From Callorhinchus milii (taxonomy: Eukaryota): a stretch of 64,000 bases of DNA. The notes under the pieces are model-generated. The model saw only the letters and a list, made by a program, of their open reading frames with translations, was not told the origin of the DNA and ran no database searches. The stretch is taken from the NCBI RefSeq assembly GCF_018977255.1, contig NW_024704752.1, positions 9,858,001 through 9,922,000 of the forward strand, written 5' to 3'. The position numbers were made by a program, and so were the translations under genes. Each line of letters begins with the position of its first letter. Positions within the stretch are counted from its first letter, which is position 1. This document shows positions 48,201-61,749 of this stretch, piece by piece.

Positions 48201-51045
48201 TTCCAAAGTTACCATAGTCATCGTCACTTCTAATGGTCCCGATCCACGTCCAACCAAAGTGTTTCACCAACTGAGCCAAGGCTCTGACCTGAAAGTAGTC
48301 ACTTGGTATTGTTCTAAAAAATGATGGATATAAGTTCCGGTTACTCAGACATTCACATGTAGCAAAGTAACTTACCTACGGAAATAAAAATGAGAAAGAA
48401 TTATCATTTTTAATGGCAAAACTGTTATCAGTATCACCCAAAGCCCAGCAACTATTATTGATTGAACAATCGTGCATTTTTCTAATGTTGATGCAATTTT
48501 CTCTTGCTTTTCCTCTCGCCAATATAATTCACTTCCAGAGCTTGACAACCTCAAAGTAATGTTGGAAATATCAGCTCTAAGTGAAACAGTGTGATTCTGA
48601 AATTGCTGAATAATACAACATGGATGCCAGAGGGAAGAATAAAAAAATTGTGATAGTCTCCATATCTGAGAAACTCGTTGAAATAAATTGTTATTTTTGG
48701 ACAGTTTGTGAAATCACACTCAAATACAACGATCAATGGGGAAAATTATTGTGTGTAAAATTACATTGTCTTCCAAAGCCTTTGTTACATAGAAGACAGT
48801 TATCGGGCCAACGCATTCATGACAGTGTTTATACTCCACATGAACCTCCCAACTGCTGTAACTCCCTCTCTCCCATAACCTTCAATGTCCTTTCCTTTAA
48901 AATATATGATATATTGTCGTTCTGAAATTGCAAAATCGGACAGTAANTTTTTTTAAAAAGAATGCTTCACACCTGAAGCAATAAAGATTAATGGCATTTT
49001 GAATTAATTAATCTACCTTTATTGCATATTGCAGATTATTGAATAAAATAATAATTATTTAATAAAAGAATAATTCTGTTATTTGATATAGGGCCTTATC
49101 ACGTCGTTAAGACATTTCAGAGTGCTTCACAGAATATACTGTAAAGTGAATTGACTATGTATTTTGTGGGCGAAACGCGATAACCAATTGCGCACAGCAG
49201 TGTCTCAGAAACAGTAGTAGATTGATTGACCAAATTATTATTATTATTATTTTAAGGGACTCATCCACCAATTGACTAACAACTGGATTCCAACTTACTG
49301 CTTGGTAACCAGACGCGTGTGGATTAAGTAAAGTTGCCTAAGTTGCTGGGAATGGAACCAGGGTCCTCTCACTTGCGAGGCGAGTGCTTGAACCAATACT
49401 CTACAGGACGCCACTAAATGAAAAGAAAATCGCGGATTCCAACAGTGTCCAACTACATGGAAGTGGACAATAAAGTATGTTGAATAACACATTTCTATTA
49501 CTGTGCTCCAACAAATTACTATCTTTTTCCATGAAAGAGCTTACCAGAGGAATCCGAAAAGGACTGATTAAGGTCGCTATTGCTGCGGACACTGAAGAAC
49601 TGGAGTCACCAACAATAGCGGAAACCACAGGTGCTCTTTTGCAAGTGAAATCTGAAGATGTTTCTTCAAGACGGTTTAAAAAATCGAAGGTTCTTTTTAT
49701 TGATACGGCAGGTGTTAAACAAGAGTCGGAAATCCAGTAGCCCAGAGTAATGTTGGGAAGCAGTGTCGAATCTTTGTTTATTTCTTCTATAGCAAAGATC
49801 ATCGCCATTGCTAAACGAAACAATCTGAATCGAAACCTGTAGCAATCACAATATTAAATACACTATCTGTCGAATTTTACAACAGTGAAAGTAACATTGG
49901 TATTATCTTTCCGGAAAAGAATAAAACAACAGCTAGATTTCCCCTTCCTGCAGTTAAGATATAGTAAAGAAGGCTGAAGGAAAGAATCAACATTTAGAGC
50001 AAGATGGCACACCTTCCTGTATTGCATAGAAATATAAGCAATAAAACCATAACTCGTTTAGATATTGTTAACTCATTTTAGTCGGTTAGAGTGTAATCTA
50101 ACTTGGCAAATTTCAGCTCGACATACATTTTTAAATGGTGATCAATCAATACGCTAACTGGACCAGTCCAGCTTTATACCTGCTTTACTTTGGGATGTTT
50201 TCCCACCTTGAAAGACATCCACAGACGTGAAATGGGTAGAATTTGTATTGTGATTGTATCGTTTCTGGACCTGTCTAACGCAACCGGCAATTATTGCAGA
50301 TTTGGATTTTTAACAGACCAGTTTCGCCCTTATTGATTTTGTTTACCTTCCGGTAACCCAGAAGAGAAATTAAATAAACAATATCACAATGAAATTGATG
50401 AACTCACTTGAATATTTCGGGCACGATATATTTATAATTATGGAATCCCACCTGCCGCTGATAAAAATATAATTCACCAACATTATGTCACGTACCTCTA
50501 GGATACATGTATTCTACGACTCATATTCCTTTCATTTGTGTTTTATCCAGGAACATCTCAATATAATGTGTAGGAAGATTACCAAAATCTCACCAAAATA
50601 AATAATTGGATGCTGCACTACAGTTCCTGCCATTAATAGAAAAGCTTTCATGCAAACACAACGCAAACACAATCTGTGACTATTTCACAGATTGGAAGTT
50701 GTTTAAATATATATTATCATGCTGCAACAATGTTAGTTATCTAAAAGAGTGCAAGTACTATACTGTAGTTAATCCGCAACGATCGGTCTACTATTATAAT
50801 CGGATAGGATAAATGGACAGCTTCACTAACTTTGTACATGTTACTTCTTTTGGTTGGGTTTTGAAATTCAAATCATGAACTTCAACATCGACATGAATAC
50901 TGAAAAGTCCTCCGAGAACGATGTCGCCGTCTTTAGACAAACTGAGCAGATCAAACATCCCCCAACGTTTACAGGTTGGTTCTTCAGTCAGCCACACAGG
51001 AACAAGAACAGAAAACAATAGCACACAGAGCATAGGGAAACACAT
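45261..51045 (-). CDS. G7: intact V2R/OlfC class C GPCR, 863 aa
   Basis: Exons 50831-51045, 49545-49836, 47557-48375, 46772-46999, 46469-46592, 45261-46174. Confidence 0.95.
46252..46418 (+). mobile_element. L2 3'-end insertion in intron 5 of G7, identical to the G6 copy
   Basis: Same sequence and same flanking duplication as 39481-39647. Confidence 0.85.
49075..49412 (-). mobile_element. DeuSINE-like SINE in intron 2 of G7
   Basis: Same position and subfamily as 42295-42635. Confidence 0.85.
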
Positions 51046-51459
51046 GGTTTTTAAATGTGCCCATCAGTGTCCAGAACTACAGCCAATCGCCCTTATATAC
51101 TTTTAATATTGTTACATTCCACTGACAGCTGTGTACACTGGCTTGAAATAGATATACTATTCCAGAAGCCCTGAACAAATTAAGGACAATTCTCAGAAGG
51201 AAGCACATTACCACTTTAATCTTCCTCCAGATATTCAAACCAAATATAAAAAAGAACACAATGTAATTACATATGAGGTACAATCTTATTCCCTTTTCAT
51301 TAATTTTCTACAGCAATAATTAATGTATTAAGGTTTAATTTAACAGATGTGTGCGATATATCGTAAAAGTTGTCAGGAATACCAAGTGCTACCAAGACTT
51401 CCAAATAATTGTTGCGGTTCAGGTGCAATGGGGGTCAGAACTCAGGGAGGGAGGTAATT

Positions 51460-51745
51460 GCTCTGGGACGTTAGACTGCGTGAGGGGTGCTATATGCAAG
51501 TTAAAGATCCCACAACATTATTTGAAAAGAGAAGATTGTTTCTCCTCGGGTCCTGGCCAACAATTTCCCAAATACAATTGGGCATTCACTTTGTGACTGC
51601 TCGTGTGACATTTCTCTGTGCAAATTTTGACTGCCATACTCAGCCACAAAAATACAGAATCACTAAACTTTACAGTAAAGTCTGTGAAGCATTTTGAGAT
51701 GTCCTCCCAAATGACACTGCATCAAATGCAATGCTTATAATTATT
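51460..51745 (+). mobile_element. Older DeuSINE remnant homologous to 30308-30616
   Basis: Shared gccacaaaaatacaga(g/a)tcacta(c/a)actttaca and gatccca..cattattt..aaagagaag segments. Confidence 0.65.
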
Positions 51746-51884
51746 TTATAAAACACAATTATGTAGATTCCTCGCTGGCATTAACTTTTAACAGGTAAGT
51801 CTTTTAAAAGAGGTGGAAATAATAAAGAAATAAGACTGAAATATTTGCTCTGCACCTCGTTTGAATACCAATGAAAGCTCTATC

Positions 51885-51983
51885 CATCATGTGCTTCTTT
51901 GTATAATTTGCTGGCTTTAGTAATATGATTTAACATTTGGGAGCAAATATACAGACAAGTAATGCAAAGCTAGATGCAAAAAT
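51885..51983 (-). pseudogene. Relic V2R exon-6 3' tip, paralog of 31773-31992
   Basis: Reverse strand reads [31 protein letters not shown]-like with a lesion; the 3' flank is shared with the 31.7 kb relic. Confidence 0.8.
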
Positions 51984-52223
51984 GACCACCCTACCCGATC
52001 CTTGTCCAGCTTGGATCTCCCTACGTGTTAGGGATGTGGTTTACAGGGTCAACAGGAGCTGAGTGGAAAGACTCATTCCCTCTCTGAGTTCTATTGATAA
52101 GCCAGACTGGCTGATCTGTTATCATCAGTGCCCTGGAGTACTGCGGTCGCACATGGTTTAGAAACCTGACGACCAAGACTGCCACAGAGAATTGACTCGA
52201 TTCTGGCATTCCGTTGCTAAGCA

Positions 52224-52320
52224 TAATAATAATCCTTGCATTTGATATAGTGCCTTATTATGTATTTGAGATATCTCAAAGCGTTTACAGAATATACTGC
52301 AAAGTTCATTGACTGTATGT
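52224..52320 (-). mobile_element. SINE 3' tail fragment
   Basis: ataataataatccttgcatttgatatagtgcc...acagaatatactgcaaag. Confidence 0.75.
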
Positions 52321-52829
52321 CACCTTGAAGACAATTCAGCTCCAAGGATACTGAATTTACCCCTACCCTCTCCAACGCCCCAAGGATGATAATGCCCATA
52401 TTGTTTGGAAAGAATAACTCAGAAATCAATGCAGAAAAGTTACCTTTTACTGGATGTTCTTCAAACCCTCAATAAAAATGCTGTTCTGGAGAAGTTTGAA
52501 AGAGTGTCTGGTAGGCTTTGAGAGTGTGAAAGTTAGAGGTGAAGAAATCTCTTAGTCTGCAGCAGAATATTTAGATATGATGTGAATTGCAGTATATTGT
52601 ACATGAACAAATTGTTACACACTGACTCTGTACAAGCATATCACAATGACTGTAATGCCAGGACTACAGCTGTGCAACATAGCAGTGCAAAGCTCTGCTA
52701 TACTCCATGTCCATGCATATGTACTGATAATGCAGCATCTTATCTCTTCACAAGGAAAGAAGGAGCACAAGGAGCACCTCCAACCCAAGGACCCACCATC
52801 ACTATCTCTTATTGAAGCAATTACCACTT

Positions 52830-53450
52830 TACGTGTGAATGTACGTGAGTGAGTAAATCGGTGTGTACGTGTAGGGTTTGCGTGTGAGGGAGTGAGTCTG
52901 TATGTCAGTGTATGTGTGTGTCTATGTGTGAGTCTGTTTGTGTGTGTGTGTGTGTGAGAAAGTGAGTCAGTGTGTGTGTCTGTGTGGGATTTATATGTGA
53001 GTGTGACGTGTGTGTCAATGTGTGTGTGTGTGTCTCTGTGTGAGGGAGTAGGTATGCGTGTCTGTATGCATACGTCTATGCGTTTGTGCCTGGGTGTGTC
53101 TGTGTGTGAGTGAATCAGCGTGGGTGTGTATGTGAGTGAGTCAGTGTGTGTGCATATCTGTGTGTGAGGGAGTGAATCGGTGTGTGCGTGTGTGTCTGTG
53201 AGTGAGTCAGTGTGTGGTCTGTGTGAGTATGTGTGTCTCTTTGTGTGTGATATATATGTGTGTTAGAGAGTGTGACTTGTGTGTGTGTGTGTGTCTATCT
53301 CTCTTTCTCTATTTCCCTCATCTCTTTATCTTTCCTTCTCACTGTCATCAATCCCTCCCTCCCTCCATCCATCTATCTATCCCGTCTATCCCATTTATCC
53401 CATCTAGCCCATCTTTCCTATCTATCCTTTCTTTTTTATCTTTCTTATCT
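52830..53450 (+). repeat. Degenerate (GT)n/(GTGA)n tract followed by a CT/TCCA/TATC-rich low-complexity tract
   Basis: Direct inspection: GT-rich 52830-53294, pyrimidine-rich 53295-53450. Confidence 0.9.
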
Positions 53451-53453
53451 TGT

Positions 53454-53735
53454 GGAGTCCTGTAGCTCAGTGGTTACAGCACTCGCCTCTCAAGCAAGAG
53501 GACCGGGTTCAATTCCCAGCAGGGCGAAATCGATCGGATATCCAGTGGTAATATTTCCTTCAACATAAAAATAGTAATAATTTGGTCACATAATCCATGA
53601 CTGTGTGTGGGACACTGCTAAGTGCAATTGGCTACCATTTTTTGACGACATAACATGCAGTCAATTCACTTCATGGTATATTCTATGATGCACTTTGAGA
53701 TGTCTAGAAGACATGAAATGCAAAGATTATTATTG
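53454..53735 (+). mobile_element. tRNA-derived DeuSINE-like SINE, shorter and diverged
   Basis: ggagtcctgtagctcagtggttacagcactcgcc head with ggttcaattccc B-box; tail aaatgcaaagattattatt. Confidence 0.85.
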
Positions 53736-54134
53736 TTACGTAGAAAAAAGCTAGATAGTGTTGAAGAAGTATAAGGCGAGGCACTGTGCAGTGGTGAGGA
53801 AAATTGTAGCAATGACTGGGGGGACCTTTATTTGTCACCAGCATGGGACATAGAAATGTATTAAATGAAAACTGAGTCCACATTCTTGTTATTTGCATAA
53901 GTGGAAATTGTTTGCACTTGATTAGTAAAAAATATATGCAGCATCACAATTTGAAGTGACTTTAGTTGCATTTTATTTGGCAAGCAATCACACTAGGCTG
54001 TAACATCATAGTAAACATACAGTTTGTTGTTACAAATATTTCAGACAGCAATTGTTCTTCATATATACTTCTGAATTCTATCCTAAGAAATAATCCAAAC
54101 TATATTTGTTCAATTCCAATATACCCATAAACAT

Positions 54135-57100
54135 TCATAGTTTATTAGAAGGCTTTTTACCCATCATATGCTTCTTTGTATTTTTTTCGGGTTTTCGAAT
54201 GATGATATAACATTTTGGAGCAAAAATGGACAGCAGCAGTCCAGAGCTAGATGCTAAAATAGCAAATACTTCTACGGCTACTGTGTATTTTCCAGGAGAG
54301 CTTATATAAGCTGGAATAAATGTTATCCAAACTGCGCAAAATATAAGCATACTAAAGGTTATACATTTAGCTTCGTTGAAATTGTCTGGCAGTTTTCGAG
54401 CCAGAAATGCCACCACAAAGCACACACAGGATAAAAATCCCAAATAACCAAGGACTGAATAAAAGGCTGTTACAGACCCAACATCACATTCTAGAATAAT
54501 TATTTCTTTAAGATACTTGGTATTTCTTACTGGAAAAGGTGGAGATATAGCTAGCCAGACAATGCATATTAAGCACTGCACAAATGTAAGGATTAAAATA
54601 GTTAGCAATTGTTGGGTTGGACCGAACCATTTCATTATGTTATTGCTTGGAACTGTTGCCCTAAATGCCATAAGAACCACAAATGTTTTCCCTAAAATGC
54701 AAGAAATGCAAAGAACAAAAGTAATTCCAAACAGTGTGTGCCGTAACATACAAGACCAGACTGATGGTTCGCCAATGAATGCCAGTGAGCATAGAAAACA
54801 AAGTGTTAAGGCAAAAAGAAGGAGGAAACTCAGTTCAGAATTATTTGCTTTAACAATGGGAGTGTCTTTGTAGTAATAGAAAAGAGCTGATATTCCAATG
54901 GTAAGACAAGCTCCAAACACTGCTATTATTGCTAAGAATATTCCCATAACATCTCCAAAGGACAAAAATTCTATTTTCTTTGGTAAACATTGGTCTCGTT
55001 GTTGATTGGACCAAAATTCTGAAGGACATGTAATGCAATCCAAGGAATCTGAAGAGATAAAATAAAACGTTTTTTAGTTAAACCTCTTCAAAATAGATTT
55101 AAATGCGCAATTTAAGAGTGTAAATTATTACGTACCAATGTTATTACTAATTTCACCATCGGCACATTGTACACAATCGTAACAACAAATTGGATGACCT
55201 TTTCTTGCTGCTCTTCTTGTTCCAGGGAGGCAACTTTCAGAACAAACAGCTCGTGGAGCCTTATCGATAAAGAACCAACAAGATAGTCATGTCATACATT
55301 CTGTCCATTTGTTACAAGTGTTTGATCTTGCAAAAGAACTATTCATAACCTTTGCAACTGTATATCAATGGGCACATTTCATTGTATCCTTCATAATTAT
55401 AGGTCAATTATTATATTTGGCTCATCATAATTGCTGGTGCTTTGAGAATGAAATCTATTCAATTCTATTTACCAATGCCCCCACCCCCTATTTATTATTA
55501 ATCCTTGCATTTAATAAAGTGCTTATCGCGTCTTCGAGACATCTCAAAGAGCTTCACAGAATATACAGTACTGTAAAGTGAATTGACTATATCTTTTGTT
55601 GGCAAAACAGGGCAGCCAATTTTGCACAGCAGTGTCCCACAAACAGTCGTGGATTGAGTGACCACATTTTTTAAAAGGAATTATTACCCCCAGAAAAGCG
55701 ATCGGACAATCAACTAACAATCGGGTTCCTACTTACTGCCAGGTGAACAGAGGTCTGTGGAGTAAGGAAACTTGCCCAACATTTTGCCCTGCCGGGAATC
55801 AAACCCAGGTCCTCTCACTTGAGAGGCAAGTTCTCTAACCACTAAGCTACTGGACCAAGTATCTGCTAATAATAATAAGTAAAGTAATAAGAATTACCTT
55901 ACTTTGACCTCCGCTCCAGACCATGGTTCCTTTCTTTATCATAAGTTGCTGGTCTGAGGGTTCAGAACCATCATAGTATCCGATGGTCAAAACATCGGCA
56001 CCACCATGGTTATTTGGTTGCCAGTTTACAATGTCATAGGTTGGGACTGAATCACCATTTTCATCGAAGTATACCCTTTCACCGATCTTAGTTGTAAAAT
56101 TTACTGTTTGCATGTAAAACAAAAGCTTTATAGGAAAAGATCATAGCGGTGACGTGGATAAGACGAGTCATATTTATGCCTATTAAATATTTCAACATTT
56201 TAACTTATTATTTGTCAAATATATAACTGTCACAAATCCTGTAATTCAGTATAATATCCACAGTATTTATACTAAGTAGGACCCCCTTTTCTCTCCCTTT
56301 GCTTTTCAGAGTGTATCTTGTCCCACTCTGGTCAATTCACAGAGTGTGGGATGGAGGGGGGGGGTGAAGGGCGAGGAGGGGCGATGTCTGATGATAACCT
56401 AACAAAGAGTCTCCCTCCAAACCTCACTCACTGAAGGGTTTAATCTGCATTTCTGTCACAGATGTACGGTTAACATTTCAACCTCATAGCTATGCGGAGT
56501 CATATAGACGAAAGTAATCCCACCAGTCTTCAATGTTGCCCCGCAGCACTATTCATCTTAATATCACATGCTTTGACTTACCTGCCATGGTTCAAAATGT
56601 AAAATGTTTGCACAAGTCTTATTAGCAAACGGTCCTTTTCCATATTCACACGACAGCATATCATGGAGTGCGTGGGCGATAGCATACGTGGCTTTGTATA
56701 CACTGTAAGTGACTCTCAGTGCAGATACATCTGTAAAAATATTATTTATTGTAGATAAATGTTCTTTTCCTGTACACTCCTTGTTGCGAGAAACAGATGT
56801 TACATTTTCAGTCTCGTTGTCAGTCATTGATAGGGTACAGCTGAAGGCTGTTTCCCAAAACTCTTTCATTAAAATATTGTTAGGGTAACTGGAAGGCCGC
56901 AAATGGGTTAGAAATGTCTTTAAACCCGGCAAAACTACTTTATGAATTGCTGTTCCTATTGTCCCAGTAAGAATTCTTCTGTTTTCTTCTGGAGAGAGAA
57001 GAGACGTAGAAACCCATGCTTCGCTTCCTACCCATTGTATACCTGTGATATTTTGCTGTGCAATTTCTTTGATCAAAACAGCCATATCTCCGAGGCTAAC

Positions 57101-59686
57101 AAAGGCCACGATAATTTTTGTTGCCGACTTTTTGATAACATCTATAGTTTTAAGTAACGCCTCTCTGGGATAAATTCTGAAAGACTCAGAGAAAGCAATA
57201 CATACGCCAAATTGCTGAACGGTCTCAGTGAATGTCTGCATTCCAAAATTGCCATAATCATTGTCGCTTTTAATCGTCCCAATCCAAGTCCACCCAAAGT
57301 GTTTAACAAGCTGAGCTAATGCTCGGGCTTGGAAATAATCGCTTGGTATTGTTCTGAAAAATGAAGCGAACTCTCGTCTATTACTGAGACACTCACATGT
57401 GGCAAAGTAGCTTACCTGTGGAAAATCACAATGGAAATAGCAAACTTAGCTGAATGAAAATATACACCATTATTGTCAATGTAAATTTAAAAGTCATATT
57501 GCATGCATTAAGACTACCAAAGCACAGTTTGTGTTACACAATTTTACAACATTACAACATTTTACTGAATTTAGTATCAGTAACTGTTGAAAGGTGGGAG
57601 CGAGCAGGTGAGCAATGTTTCAGTAGGTCGCAGAGGTCGGGAGCAACAAGATCGTGGAGGGTTTTAAAAGTGAGGAAGAGGATCTTGAACTCGATCTTCT
57701 AGGGTATTGGGAGCCAATGAATCCAGGCAAAGGTGGGGGTGCTAGTTTAACAGAGCTTGGTGCGGGAGAGGACATGGGCTGCAGCGGGTTGAGTAATCTA
57801 CATCTTGTGGAGGGGAGAGTTCGGAAGTCCGGAGAGCAGGGAGTTTACTCAATTTACTTGATTACTTCCTATATTCCTCTTCCCTCAAATTTGTCTCGCT
57901 CATCTGTAAGCGCCATACGTGTTATTTATTATCCGGATGTGACCTATGCTCGATCTGTGGTGCGGGCCTGAAGAAGAGCTAAAAATGTTTACGTGAAATG
58001 GGTACGAATACAAGGCGAATAACAAAACGAGTCTGCGTGAAACCACTAGACTATGAGCTGTTACCATCAAATACAAACCTGAGCTGTGTGTTAGACATTT
58101 GAATAGAGTCAGGGTTGAACAAATGTAGAGTGTATACGTGTAGAGATATATTTAAATAGTTTAATAACTTTATGTTAGCCGATAAATGTTTATCCTTGAA
58201 AGCTAAAAATAGTATCTTTTTTTTAAATAAAAAAGTTTATATTCATCAGAATGAAATACTAATTTGGTCTGAATGTCAGATTGAAAGCAACAGTAGGAGA
58301 AATTCTGCAATTCAGCCCTCGGCTTGAAGGTAAATCGAATTGTCCAGTCATATATCATTTTACTGGCAATGTATGTGTTCTACACATTTTTTTTCATTAA
58401 AATCTAACTCCAGTGTTTTTGTGGGATATTTTCAGATCATTAGCTATTAGCAGTGTTACAACAAACATTAGATGGAAATAAGAATGGAAGTTATTTTTAG
58501 TAAGTGATGTCAGCGACTCTCACATTTCCTGTCAAACAAGAAAACCTACAGGCATAAAACATGCTACACATGATACAGCCATGAAGTCGTTTTGAAATAG
58601 NTTTTTTCATGGGTAAAAGGAAAAACCCAATTTGGAAGACAACGAACTTCTTTATTTTTGTTTTGCTTTTATATTTGTGATATCGAAGCAAAATAAAACC
58701 GTTAAGTCACAATTAAACTTGCATTTCGCACTGTAGTGAGCTCGGTTCAACATTACACCGATTAAGGATGCTTACCATTGGAATTCTGAACGGACCAATT
58801 GATCGTGCAACTGCTACAGACTGCGATGAACCAGAGTCAGCAACAATAGCAGATAACACCGAGTTTCGGTTGCATGTGTAATTTGAAGGCGATTCTTCGT
58901 GTGTAGTTAAAATGTCCAAGGCTGCTTTCATGGATAAGGATGGCATGCCACATGAATCAAAAATCCTGTAGCCCAGAGTTACATTCGGAAGGAGTGTTTG
59001 GGCTTTATTTATTTCTTCTATTGCGAAGATCATTGCCTGAGCAAAGCGAAATGATCTGAAATCAAAGCTGTAACAATAATGATCAGTAGATTGGTAAACA
59101 AATGCAGAAGTTTCTCATCATTTTTTTCGGAATGTGATATTTAATATTTAATATTTAGCCTATAATTTAAATTCCACAAAAACTAACATAAAGGAAAATC
59201 AATACAGTGATCTTTAAGTACACGTTGCCGGTGACAAAAGTGCATTTACAACACCTTTCAAAATATTCTTCACATGCAGAACAAGGAAGATGCCATTATA
59301 TTACAATTAATCTTAAATGGAAGTTAAAATTACATTCGTCCAAACAGTAAAGAGAATTCATTTTAAAATATTTTTAAATAAATCAAACACCAAACGATAA
59401 TTCTATACAATATTTCCTATATAGCTGCAGTTGTAGAACAAACACAACATTCAACGAACATTTTGCATTTGACCGGTTTGGGTTCGGTTCTAAATGTAAG
59501 ATCCTCTTGCGTTTCTGCATTGTAATGTACACTGAAGATTCCACCCAGGATGATGTCTGCATCTTTAGATATTCCAGGTAAATCATGCACCCTCCATTGC
59601 TTACAGAGTGGTGCTTCCATCCCAAGCAGAGGAAAACAGAATGATAACAAAAATGCCCCAAACAATAGATGATACATTTCAGACAT
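54135..59686 (-). CDS. G8: intact V2R/OlfC class C GPCR of a different subfamily, about 872 aa
   Basis: Exons 59460-59686 (donor GTTCGT), 58776-59067, 56582-57415 (834 bp), 55898-56125, 55136-55259, 54135-55048; phases match the other genes; all class C motifs present. Confidence 0.92.
55491..55853 (-). mobile_element. DeuSINE-like SINE (longer subfamily) in intron 4 of G8
   Basis: tagcttagtggttagagaacttgcctctcaag head, core and tail. Confidence 0.87.
57590..57845 (-). mobile_element. L2 ORF2 C-terminal fragment in intron 2 of G8
   Basis: Homologous to 31040-31260 (gaggaagaggatcttgaac...gggagcca...ggtgcgggagaggacatgggctgc). Confidence 0.8.
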
Positions 59687-60096
59687 AGAAAACGTCTAGC
59701 ATCCTATGTAGATATCACTGTAAACTGGGAATATAAGTCTTATATGTTTTCACTCAAAATCCCCACAGGACACAAGGGAGGAGATTAATCAGATCAGTGG
59801 GAAAAGGAAACAAAACGTAAAGACAACACATTTTAATAACTCCTTGGTGATTAGTTGGCTTTGTTATTTCAACTGGAATCCAGAGTTCCATGATAAGATA
59901 AGAGGTAAATTGTACTGAAACGTTTTCTATACTATAGAGAATTGGAAAGATCCAGTTTCCCACTAGTTGATACCAACCAATAGAAATATTGAACCTGATT
60001 GTAAAATACTAAATTAGGGCAAACATCTTAATATTTAAAAGTAGATATATACAATAAAACTCTAGTTATATAGCAATGTTAGTTATCAAAATCTTA

Positions 60097-61035
60097 TAAT
60101 AATAATAATAATCCTTGAATTTGATATAGCGCTTTTCACGTCGGGAGGATGTCCCAAAGCGCTTCACAGAATGCACTGTAAAGTGAATTGACTGTATATT
60201 TGTGGGCGAACGCGGCAGCCAATTGCGCATAGCACACAAACAGTCGTAGATTGAAAATGACCAATTTATTATTGTTATTGTTTTTTTTGTTTTTTTTGGT
60301 TTTTTCTTTGGAGGGATTATTATTATTAGGTGTGTGGAGTAAGGAAACTTGCCCAAGGTTTCGCCCTCTGCCTGGAATTGAACTCAGGTCTCTCGCTTGC
60401 AAAGCGAGTGCTCTAACCACTGAGCTACAGGACTCCACATTAATAATAATTAATTATTAATAGTAATTAATAATAATTCTTGCATTTGATATACCATCTT
60501 AGCACATCATTGAGATGTCTCAAAGTGCTTCACAGAATATAATAAATAATAAAATAACCTTTGCATTTTATATCGTGCTTTTTCATGTCTTCTAGACATC
60601 TTAAAGCACTTCACAGAATATACTGTAAAGTGAATTGACTGTATATTTATGAGCGAAACTCGGCAGCGAATTACACATAGCAGTGTCCCACAAACAGTCG
60701 TGGATTGAAGTGACCAATTAATTGTTGTTTTTTTTCTTGAGTGATTATTATCAGACGTGTGGAGTAACGAAACTTGCCCAAGGTTTTGCCCCGCCGGGAA
60801 TTAAACCAGGTTTCTCACTTGTGAGTCAAGTGCTCTAAGCACTAATCTACAGGACTCTATTTTGTTCCCCTCCCTCCCAATTTCATTTCACAATATATTG
60901 TAAAGTGAAGTGACTGTGCATTTTGTGGGCAAAATGCGGCAGCTAATTGTGAGGGATCAGAATAAGATTAATGTTTAAACATCTAGAAGATGTGATAAAG
61001 CACTATTATTAAACATAAGGATTATTATTATTATT
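60097..61035 (-). mobile_element. Cluster of SINEs: full copies at 60097-60437 and about 60550-60858, plus tail and core fragments
   Basis: Two tRNA heads (ggagtcctgtagctcagtgg; agagtcctgtagattagtgc) and several tails. Confidence 0.88.
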
Positions 61036-61107
61036 GTCCTAAATTAATGGAAATAAACTCACTAGTCTGTAGTTTCCTGGGTCACTTTTGCTTATATGGT
61101 CTTCGAC

Positions 61108-61297
61108 AACAACAGCGAATTACATTTGTACGGTGCCTTTCACATCAGGAGAATGTCTCAAAGTGCTGGACAGTCAGGGATCCGCACCTGAGCTGGTTGT
61201 TGGGATCAAAAGGGGTGGAGGGTGGGGAGTGTAGAGATAGGACGGTTACCGAAGGCACAGTCGAAAAGAAGGGTCTTGAGACAGGTCTTGAAAGCAA
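61108..61297 (-). mobile_element. L2 3' end fragment
   Basis: caacaacagc..catttgtacggtgcctttcacatcaggagaatgtctcaaagtgctg; reverse frame SRPVSRPFFSTVPS as in the 30.8 kb L2. Confidence 0.8.
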
Positions 61298-61749
61298 GTA
61301 AATTCGAAATGTTTGAATAAGTATTAAATGGAAATAGCTAGGGCGGAGACTGGAGCTTCTTTTTGAAGTAGTAAGGTTTCCCACATGCCCATCTCTAGAT
61401 ATGACACCAAACTAAATACACCTTCAGTAAAGTGATAACTTCATTCTGTATTTATTTAGGCATAAATTGGAATGGGGGAAGATAAAGCTAAATTAGCTTC
61501 CCTTACTGCCCAAAAGAGACAATTTAGAAATTGCATTGACTATGATTTCATGGACTGTGGAAATGTGTTCTGTGTACATAATGGTGTGGTTTTGTTAACC
61601 TGCATTTGCACATTCAAGGCGAACTAGGAGTGACATGTTGATAATTGTAATTTAAAAGGCAATTTTAGGTTATAGTAATAATATTAATGCTTGCATGTAA
61701 TGTAACATGATTCAATTCAGTTCAATACATCTCAAAGTAGGTAGGGTAG

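Noticed and set aside
53202-53568. Cys/Val/Ser-rich ORFs
   Set aside because: Translations of the microsatellite tract and SINE head
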